A stretch of 43,003 nucleotides of DNA from a virus: the IMG/VR virus record IMGVR_UViG_3300045988_008747. One strand, written 5' to 3'. The translations under genes were made by a program, and so were the position numbers. The notes below the pieces were generated by a model. It had not been told where the DNA came from. It worked only from the letters and a program-made list of their open reading frames with translations, and ran no database searches. Below are positions 37,578-43,003 of the stretch, in pieces. How positions within the stretch are numbered: the first letter of the stretch is position 1; the number at the start of each line of letters is the position of its first letter.

Positions 37578-38143
37578 CCTTCAATCTCCTTCCTTGGCGG
37601 CTCACTCGCCCGCAGCCTTGCAGCTTCACGCGGGGCAGTAGTGATATCGGCCTGCGCCTGCTTCAAAAATTCGGCACGGCGGTATGTAAGGTCTGGCATT
37701 TCAGCCAGCGCTGCAAGCCCTCCAACGCTCCCGGCATAGGATTTTGCCGCCGGGGGGAGTTTGTCATACAGGGCTTTCAGCTCTTTCTGCCCGTCACTAC
37801 GCAGAAGCCCGCCCTTTTCGTCAATGCCGGTCACCATCGGGAACTTACGCCAGCTCAAAAATGTCTGTGCCTTGCGTGCCGCTACAGCCAGAGCTTCCCA
37901 TTCAGCGGACGGATCAAGACACTGGGAAAGCTGTTTGAAGATGTCGGCCACCGTGACCGGATAAACGCATACTCGGTTCGCCGCCAGAAAAGCCCGCTTG
38001 ACAGTATCGCCGTCATAATCGCCAAACTGGTACGCCCACACGTCAATGGTGGTTTCCATCTCCTCGTCGGTCAGAGGCTTTGCCCCAAGCTTATACAGCG
38101 TGAAATTCATTCGGATCAGCTTTGCCACGTCCTCCCGTGTCAT
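37574..38143 (-). CDS. Replication accessory protein, G39P-like helicase-loader candidate
   Basis: ...EEMETTIDVWAYQFGDYDGDTVKRAFLAANRVCVYPVTVADI... Directly downstream of the DnaD-type organizer. Confidence 0.55.
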   Translation of the reverse strand: MTREDVAKLIRMNFTLYKLGAKPLTDEEMETTIDVWAYQFGDYDGDTVKRAFLAANRVCVYPVTVADIFKQLSQCLDPSAEWEALAVAARKAQTFLSWRKFPMVTGIDEKGGLLRSDGQKELKALYDKLPPAAKSYAGSVGGLAALAEMPDLTYRRAEFLKQAQADITTAPREAARLRASEPPRKEIEG

Positions 38144-38925
38144 GTTTCAAACCCTCTTTCTCGATCCATTTTTGCCAGCACCCGGGCAAGCTGGTCGTCT
38201 ACGGTCTCGGTTGGCTGCTTGACTCGCGGTCTGGCTTGTCGGCTTTGTTCGTTGGCTTCCACGTCTCCCGGCGTGCGCAGGCCGTCCCGTTTCCAGCCGG
38301 ACAATATGCCGTTGATGTAGTTCCACGACCGCTTCCCGGCTTCTGTGGCCTTGTCAATCGCCAACAAGATCATCTCTGTGCTGTACTCCTGCCTCCACTT
38401 CTGCAGCTTGTCCAGTGCAGAGCGCGGGAAGTCCCCAACGGCCTGCTGATAATGCTGGACGATCTTGGAAAGTTCTACGTCAACGGCGGCTTTGGCGGAG
38501 CTATTATATATATCCCCGTTAGGGGATATAACAGTACCAGTAACAGTTCCAGTACCAGTAACAGTTCCAGTACCAGTAACAGTTCCAGTACCAGTAACAG
38601 TATCATTATAGTTACCACTTGCTTGCACTTGGTAGCATGTGCTAGCATTTGCTGAACTTGCTTTCATTTGAGCAGCACGGGCTTTTCCGGCTTCACGGCG
38701 CTTTTGCTTGACGTTCTCGTACTTTTCTGCAGCCGAATCCACGCCATTGCACATGAACCGGAAATTTCCACGCATTCCACGGTCGGAAAATGTTGGTTTT
38801 TCGCCTGTTCGGACGTACTTTGCCAAAGCCCGCATTAGCTGTCCTACTTCGGCATCCGTGTACTCTTCCAGCGCGTCGAACCAATCCAGATACGCAACAA
38901 ACGACTTTTTTTCTTCTTTTGCCAC
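38140..38925 (-). CDS. Replisome organizer with a DnaD-type C-terminal domain and an internal (TGTGTV)n repeat
   Basis: GTG start after AAGGAGGTG. ...EMILLAIDKATEAGKRSWNYINGILSGWKRDGLRT. Confidence 0.8.
   Translation of the reverse strand: MAKEEKKSFVAYLDWFDALEEYTDAEVGQLMRALAKYVRTGEKPTFSDRGMRGNFRFMCNGVDSAAEKYENVKQKRREAGKARAAQMKASSANASTCYQVQASGNYNDTVTGTGTVTGTGTVTGTGTVTGTVISPNGDIYNSSAKAAVDVELSKIVQHYQQAVGDFPRSALDKLQKWRQEYSTEMILLAIDKATEAGKRSWNYINGILSGWKRDGLRTPGDVEANEQSRQARPRVKQPTETVDDQLARVLAKMDRERGFET
38531..38601. repeat. 18-bp tandem repeat (acagttccagtaccagta, about 4 copies); replication-origin iteron candidate
   Basis: Direct reading. Flanked by the AT-rich tract attatatatatc at 38503-38514. 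Confidence 0.85.
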
Positions 38926-38976
38926 TTGCTCACCTCCTTTGCACGCCCGTATAGCCGGATAGCACAGCTTGCAAGA

Positions 38977-39507
38977 TCAGAAGGGAAGATCTTCTGCGTC
39001 TTCGTTGATGGGGTCATACTCGGTAGATGGAGCCGGTTCTGGCGCGGCAGTGCTGTGCGGTGCGTAATCCGCAAGCGTTTCATCGGGGTACATCTGCGCG
39101 CCCTGCAGGCCTGCCGGTTCTGCTGCCGGTTCTGCAGGTTCCAGCGGCGGGCCGGGCTGCGCCATAAGGTCAATCATCTGTTGCAGCCAACGGAATGTCA
39201 CCAGCCCACCGGGCTGAATATCATCCGCATCCACGTCGTAATAGATCTTGCCGTTATACTCCCGCTCTTTCAGCTTCTGGGCAAAAATCGTAACCTGATC
39301 GCCTTTCTGCAGCATGCCGTCCCACTGGTCGATGCCGTGCCAGAGGTTAACACCCACAAAGAAACTCTGCCATTTTCCGGTTTCATCCTGTGTGCGGCTG
39401 GCTTTCAGGTCAAACTTCAGCACCCGCTTCTGCCCGGCATCTCGAAGTACCGGGTCTTTGGCGATCTCACCGTGCAGCATGATGCCGTTCTTGGTCTGGA
39501 CGATCAT
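38977..39507 (-). CDS. ssb: Single-stranded DNA-binding protein
   Basis: OB-fold-like N-terminus, P/A-rich linker and an acidic tip ending EDAEDLPF. ATGA coupling with recT. Confidence 0.85.
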   Translation of the reverse strand: MIVQTKNGIMLHGEIAKDPVLRDAGQKRVLKFDLKASRTQDETGKWQSFFVGVNLWHGIDQWDGMLQKGDQVTIFAQKLKEREYNGKIYYDVDADDIQPGGLVTFRWLQQMIDLMAQPGPPLEPAEPAAEPAGLQGAQMYPDETLADYAPHSTAAPEPAPSTEYDPINEDAEDLPF

Positions 39508-40358
39508 GCATCATCACCGCCAAACGGATCATCGACGTTTTCCTCTGCAGAGGGTGCATCCGGGGCAGGGATCAGGGTGCCTGCCGTCTTGCGGTGACGG
39601 TGGGAACCTGCGTAAGGATCCAGCACCGGCAGCTCTTCAGGCGGCACATCACGAGCGGTGCTTTCGACATCCACACGCACCTCACTCTCATCGTACAGAG
39701 CGCCAAAGGTAGACGGGAACGCTTCACGAAGGGCGTGCACCAGCGCCACCTTGCGGATCATGGTCGCTTTTTTGCCGTTCCAAAGGGATTTGCCGGTGTC
39801 GTATTCACTGAGCTTGACTTCCTCGTAGCTGGCACGGGTGCGGTCCTTGCGGTAGACCTTTGCCCAGCCGCCGAGAAGGGTCTCGCCGCTGTCTCCATCA
39901 TAGACGATGGAACCCTCACGGTTCAGCAGCTGGCCATCTGCGGTCAGGACGATCACGCCAGCTTCAAAGCCGTCAAAGTTGGGGTTGCGCTCGGCCATCT
40001 GCAGATAACAGTTCTTGCCCAGCACGATGGTGCTGGCGGTGTCCTCGTTCTTGTTGTCGTAGTGGATCAGATAGGCTTCCTTGGTGAAGGGGTTCAGCTT
40101 GTACTGCTTGCAGGTCTCCAGAAAGATTTTGCATTCAGCATCGGTGGCTTTGTCGCAAATAAAACGTCGTACTTCGTCAAAACTGACGACGAGGTGCTGG
40201 CCATCAGCAGCAGTGATCTCCACCGGAACGGACGGAGATGCGGCCTGCATAGCAGTGCTGCCTGCACGGTTGGCGTTCTGAACGGAACGGTTTGCCAGAG
40301 CCTGTGCATTGGAAACGGACGAAGTAGGCGCGGGTGCGCCGGGACGAGTAAGTGCCAT
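39504..40358 (-). CDS. recT: RecT/Bet-family single-strand annealing recombinase
   Basis: ...CDKATDAECKIFLETCKQYKLNPFTKEAYLIHY...KKATMIRKVALVHALREAFP. Confidence 0.85.
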   Translation of the reverse strand: MALTRPGAPAPTSSVSNAQALANRSVQNANRAGSTAMQAASPSVPVEITAADGQHLVVSFDEVRRFICDKATDAECKIFLETCKQYKLNPFTKEAYLIHYDNKNEDTASTIVLGKNCYLQMAERNPNFDGFEAGVIVLTADGQLLNREGSIVYDGDSGETLLGGWAKVYRKDRTRASYEEVKLSEYDTGKSLWNGKKATMIRKVALVHALREAFPSTFGALYDESEVRVDVESTARDVPPEELPVLDPYAGSHRHRKTAGTLIPAPDAPSAEENVDDPFGGDDA

Positions 40359-40376
40359 AAGTAAATACCTCCAAAA

Positions 40377-41306
40377 TTATTTGATAGAACCATAGCGGAA
40401 ACCGCGCTCTGCGGCTCCCTGCTTGAACCATGCGATGTCCTCGCGGGTGAACTCTACCCAGAAACGATACTGCTTGCGGGCAGGAGCTGCCGGCTTTGCA
40501 GGCTCTGCAAATTTCTGAAGCATGCTGAAATCCAACCTGCCATCCGGCGTAATGGCTGCATTGGCCTGCGCCGTTTGAGCCGCTTCTGTGGCGATCTGGC
40601 GTTCTTCATCGGTCGGAGGGATAATGACCGGAGCGGTGGCCTGCGCCCGCTCTGCGGCCATTCTCTCGGCTTCTGCGCGGCGCTGTGCGTCCCTGGCATT
40701 CTGGCGGCGGCTATGCTCCACAAGGGCAGCGTTCAGATTCAGTTCACGCAGATACTCCGTGGTGCAAGCCTCTGCGTCCTCTCCGCAGGTCTCCCGGATC
40801 AGACGCAGCTCCTCCCGCCGGGTCTCCACGCTCTTGCGCAGCTCCCGGCTGGCCTTTGCCAGATCATAGGTCTTGTTGAGCCACTGCGGCATCAGCAGGC
40901 GGTCAAAGGGGATAAGCTCCCGCAGTTCTCCGATGCAGTCGGCATAGACAGCTCGCAGCGCATCCTGCTTGTCCTGCCGCTCGGCTTCCTCCACAGCCTT
41001 GACCTGAGCATCGATTGCGCCGGATACAGCCTTACACTGACCCTGCATCTGCTTGGCACTCTGCAAGAACTCTTCCAACGGCTTCATGTAAAAGGCCTTT
41101 GCACTGCGGGCAGCATCCGAGAGCTGCTTGTCCAGCTTGTTCACGGCGGCGCGGTCGGCCTTGGCATCCTTGATGGTTTCCGGGGTGTAGACGCGGCCGG
41201 TGTAGGTGGCCAGCATCTCGGTCAGATTCTGCTGCACCTCGGCTTCGTTCCACCGGATCGCGGGCAGCTCCGGGTGCTCCACCCGGACGGTCAATTCTTC
41301 TTGCAT
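40377..41306 (-). CDS. DUF1351-like protein (commonly partnered with RecT)
   Basis: 309 aa. ...PAIRWNEAEVQQNLTEMLATYTGRVYTPETIKDAKADRAAVNKLDKQLSDARRS-type N-terminus. Lies upstream of recT. Confidence 0.65.
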   Translation of the reverse strand: MQEELTVRVEHPELPAIRWNEAEVQQNLTEMLATYTGRVYTPETIKDAKADRAAVNKLDKQLSDAARSAKAFYMKPLEEFLQSAKQMQGQCKAVSGAIDAQVKAVEEAERQDKQDALRAVYADCIGELRELIPFDRLLMPQWLNKTYDLAKASRELRKSVETRREELRLIRETCGEDAEACTTEYLRELNLNAALVEHSRRQNARDAQRRAEAERMAAERAQATAPVIIPPTDEERQIATEAAQTAQANAAITPDGRLDFSMLQKFAEPAKPAAPARKQYRFWVEFTREDIAWFKQGAAERGFRYGSIK

Positions 41307-41312
41307 AAATAT

Positions 41313-41504
41313 TCACCACCTCTGATAAACTCTCTCACCATCGTTGTTATATACGATGTAGGTATTGCGGGGATAGCCTTGCGCGTGTTCCTTTTCGGAC
41401 AGTGCATCCGCCTGTCGGATCAGCTCTCCCACTGTCTGCGCAGAGCGCTTCTCTAAAAGTTTCGGCGGGTTTTCAAGCCCGTCATAGATCTGCATAAGCG
41501 CCAC
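41313..41504 (-). CDS. Hypothetical protein (63 aa)
   Basis: GGAGG lies 8 nt before the GTG at 41504. (M)ALMQIYDGLENPPKLLEKRSAQTVGELIRQ... Confidence 0.45.
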   Translation of the reverse strand: MALMQIYDGLENPPKLLEKRSAQTVGELIRQADALSEKEHAQGYPRNTYIVYNNDGERVYQRW

Positions 41505-41557
41505 TTGTAAAACCTCCTGTTTTGTGTTATTTTTGTGGTGATGGGCGGCGAGACTCA

Positions 41558-41656
41558 TCACTCTTTGGGCTTGTCCGTGTTGGCGCACGGGCAGGCTCTT
41601 CTTTTTTTTGCGTCATACACGGTGTACCACATGACATGGTGGACAGTGTCAGGCAT
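41558..41656 (-). CDS. Tiny ORF (32 aa)
   Basis: The ATG overlaps the end of the upstream gene. MPDTVHHVMWYTVYDAKKRRACPCANTDKPKE. Confidence 0.25.
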   Translation of the reverse strand: MPDTVHHVMWYTVYDAKKRRACPCANTDKPKE

Positions 41657-41858
41657 ACGTGATCTCCCCGGACTCCTCTTGCAGCATCTCCCGCACGTTG
41701 TCCATTTCTTCGGCGCACATCTCCCAGACGTTTGCCCGCGCGGAGTATTCGGCCCGGACAACAATGTCGTCTGAGGCTTCGGCTTCTCGCCTGCAGCGTT
41801 CGGCAAGCCGCGTGTAGGATTTGACTTTGCCCTCAACGTACTCTTTGGCCGTCATCAT
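41649..41858 (-). CDS. Hypothetical protein (69 aa)
   Basis: AGGAG lies 8 nt before the ATG at 41858. MMTAKEYVEGKVKSYTRLAERCRREAEASDDIVV... Confidence 0.6.
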   Translation of the reverse strand: MMTAKEYVEGKVKSYTRLAERCRREAEASDDIVVRAEYSARANVWEMCAEEMDNVREMLQEESGEITYA

Positions 41859-42139
41859 GCCCCACGCTCCTGATTCTCCGGGTATTCCGGGTTGCGGGCG
41901 TGATTGCGGTCGATCTTGCCGTAGGGCCGCCCGGCAGCCTTTGCCTCCTGCTCCTGGGCTTTGCGGCCCAGGAGCATAAAAAGCACGGCCGCCAGCACCA
42001 GCACCATGGCCATCACAAACTGCCCGTCTGTGATGGGTGCCCCCACCTGTGCGTTGCCCTCCAGCCCCATGCCGTACAGCAGGCCCAAGCAGCCGCAGCC
42101 AGCGGCCAGGATGTGCAAAACAGTGGATTTGATCTTCAT
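41855..42139 (-). CDS. Two-TM membrane protein (94 aa)
   Basis: AAAGGAGG RBS. MKIKSTVLHILAAGCGCLGLLYGMG...FVMAMVLVLAAVLFMLLG. Confidence 0.65.
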   Translation of the reverse strand: MKIKSTVLHILAAGCGCLGLLYGMGLEGNAQVGAPITDGQFVMAMVLVLAAVLFMLLGRKAQEQEAKAAGRPYGKIDRNHARNPEYPENQERGA

Positions 42140-42372
42140 TTGGGATCCTCCTTTGTGTAAACCTTTTCAAGTTTGTAAAAGTCCTTCACCCACGCCATAA
42201 ATCCGGCGCGGGAAATCAGCGGGGCAGCGCTTTTGGTGTCAATAGACGGCACCGCCCATGCCGGGAAGCTGCCGGACTGAATCATGCCAGTAAAAATTGG
42301 CTCGCTCACCGAAATGTTGTTATCACGCATGATCTGGCAGCACTCTGCAATTCCCATGCTCGGCTTCATCAC
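42136..42372 (-). CDS. Hypothetical protein (78 aa)
   Basis: AAGGAGGG upstream. MMKPSMGIAECCQIMRDNNISVSEPIFTGMIQSG... Confidence 0.55.
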   Translation of the reverse strand: MMKPSMGIAECCQIMRDNNISVSEPIFTGMIQSGSFPAWAVPSIDTKSAAPLISRAGFMAWVKDFYKLEKVYTKEDPK

Positions 42373-42490
42373 TGCCGCATCCCTCCTTTTTTTCTCTCAG
42401 CTTCCGCTTCATCTGGATATGCTCCAACTGTTCCGGCTGCCTTGCATCCCAGCGCTGTTCAAGCCAGCGCTTGCTGTAATGCTTCCTCAT
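42323..42490 (-). CDS. Small basic ORF (55 aa), below the track cutoff
   Basis: ATGA overlap with the stop of the repeat gene. MRKHYSKRWLEQRWDARQPEQLEHIQMKRKLREKKEG... The 3' end overlaps the next gene. Confidence 0.3.
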   Translation of the reverse strand: MRKHYSKRWLEQRWDARQPEQLEHIQMKRKLREKKEGCGSDEAEHGNCRVLPDHA

Positions 42491-43003
42491 GGCTCGGCCT
42501 CCACAAACTCCCCGTTTTTGAGGGTATAGTAGACTTTTTCTCTGATGGCAGAGCCATCCACGCGGGCCATTTTGGCGCAGATCATGTGGCCGTCATCGTC
42601 GTACTCAGTCAGCACCAGATAGCAGCCCAGTGCGCCACACGCCTTACCGAAAGCACCGTTTACAACGGCAATGCTATCTTTTCCGTCTACTTTTGCGCTG
42701 CAATAATCCCCAGTGGCTGCCGCCGTGCTGTAATCGCCGCTGGACCCCGCCGTGCTGTAATTGCCGCTGGACCCCGCCGTGCTGTAATCGCCGCTGGACA
42801 CCGCCATGCTGTAATCGCCGCTGGACCCCGCCGTGCTGCAATCGCCGCTGGACCCCGCCGTGCTGCAATTGCCACTGGACCCCGCCGTGCTGTAATCGCC
42901 GCTGGACCCCGCCGTGCTGCAATCGCCGCTGGACCCCGCCGTGCTGCAATTGCCGCTGGACCCCGCCGTGCTGCAATTGCCGCTGGACCCCGCCGTGCTG
43001 CAA
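42487..43003 (-). CDS. C-terminal part of the repeat protein begun at 468..1 (nonapeptide array plus C-terminal globular domain)
   Basis: The frame is open from nt 43003: ...CSTAGSSGNCSTAGSSGDCSTAGSSGDYSTAG...SSGDYSTAAATGDYCSAKVDGKDSIAVVNGAFGKACGALGCYLVLTEYDDDGHMICAKMARVDGSAIREKVYYTLKNGEFVEAEP*. The track's ATG at 42807 is internal. Confidence 0.8.
   Translation of the reverse strand, partial: CSTAGSSGNCSTAGSSGNCSTAGSSGDCSTAGSSGDYSTAGSSGNCSTAGSSGDCSTAGSSGDYSMAVSSGDYSTAGSSGNYSTAGSSGDYSTAAATGDYCSAKVDGKDSIAVVNGAFGKACGALGCYLVLTEYDDDGHMICAKMARVDGSAIREKVYYTLKNGEFVEAEP
42697..43003. repeat. Tandem 27-bp coding repeat (about 11.4 units), continuous with 1..135
   Basis: Period of 27 confirmed by gctgga at 42901 and 42928. 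Units are identical apart from a few positions. Confidence 0.95.

Noticed and set aside
42674-43003. Track ORFs 42674..43003 (MQHGGVQRQLQ...) and 42687..42875 (MAIAARRGPAAI...) as repeat proteins.
   Set aside because: They are out-of-frame readings of the 27-bp array. The frame that connects to the RBS-supported start at 468 and to the globular C-terminal domain ending at 42487 is the SSG[DN][CY]STAG frame.
42697-43003. A diversity-generating retroelement as the cause of the A/G-restricted variation.
   Set aside because: No reverse transcriptase ORF exists anywhere in the 43 kb and there is no separate template-repeat copy. The changes are only A<->G rather than A-to-N.
1-43003. Integrated prophage with host flanks, transposases, rRNA or a known defence island.
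   Set aside because: Every region is accounted for by phage-type genes or phage regulatory RNA. I recognised no attL/attR pair, IS element, rRNA or known defence-system signature such as an RT, an HNH/PLD nuclease-ATPase pair or a CBASS/Thoeris-type enzyme.

Overview
The whole 43,003-nt window reads as one temperate siphovirus-type phage genome from a GC-rich Firmicute (Clostridia-like GGAGG ribosome-binding sites). I see no host housekeeping genes, rRNA, IS elements or CRISPR. The two window ends are halves of one minus-strand repeat gene and share 10 nt, so the sequence looks like a circular or circularly permuted genome cut inside a 27-bp tandem array. Almost all genes are on the minus strand. 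The lysogeny module (about 3740-7560, plus strand) holds back-to-back consensus promoters, an XRE repressor, an Ltp-type superinfection-exclusion protein, a second XRE regulator, a tyrosine integrase and an attP-like copy of the 3' part of tRNA-Gly(CCC). The early operon runs from 3698 down through nt 1 and wraps to about 35126. It encodes small proteins, an antirepressor, a RAMP-like protein, a lipoprotein, the repeat protein, DUF1351, RecT, SSB, a DnaD-type organizer, a G39P-like loader, RusA and a sigma-r4-like late regulator. The late operon runs from 34941 down to about 12268. It starts with a tRNA and tRNA-like leader, then terS, terL, portal, a DNA methyltransferase, a gp7-like head protein, three cargo-like genes and a gp10-like protein. 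An AT-rich moron and tRNA-Thr follow, then scaffold, capsid, connectors, major tail, G/GT chaperone with a -1 frameshift site, tape measure, Dit, Tal and fibers, with the GH25 lysin and holin embedded among the fibers. Between the late genes and attP lie an insulated plus-strand two-gene cassette and a seven-gene accessory cluster of unusual composition. The items I rate most worth following are the noncanonical tRNA-like array with an internal terminator upstream of terS, the accessory cluster 7621-10827, the solitary RAMP (Csm3-like) early protein, a conserved MSKRGSGSS N-terminal tag on two proteins flanking a DUF4417-like gene, and the A/G-restricted variation in the nonapeptide repeat gene. 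All family assignments are from motif recognition by eye. No searches were run.
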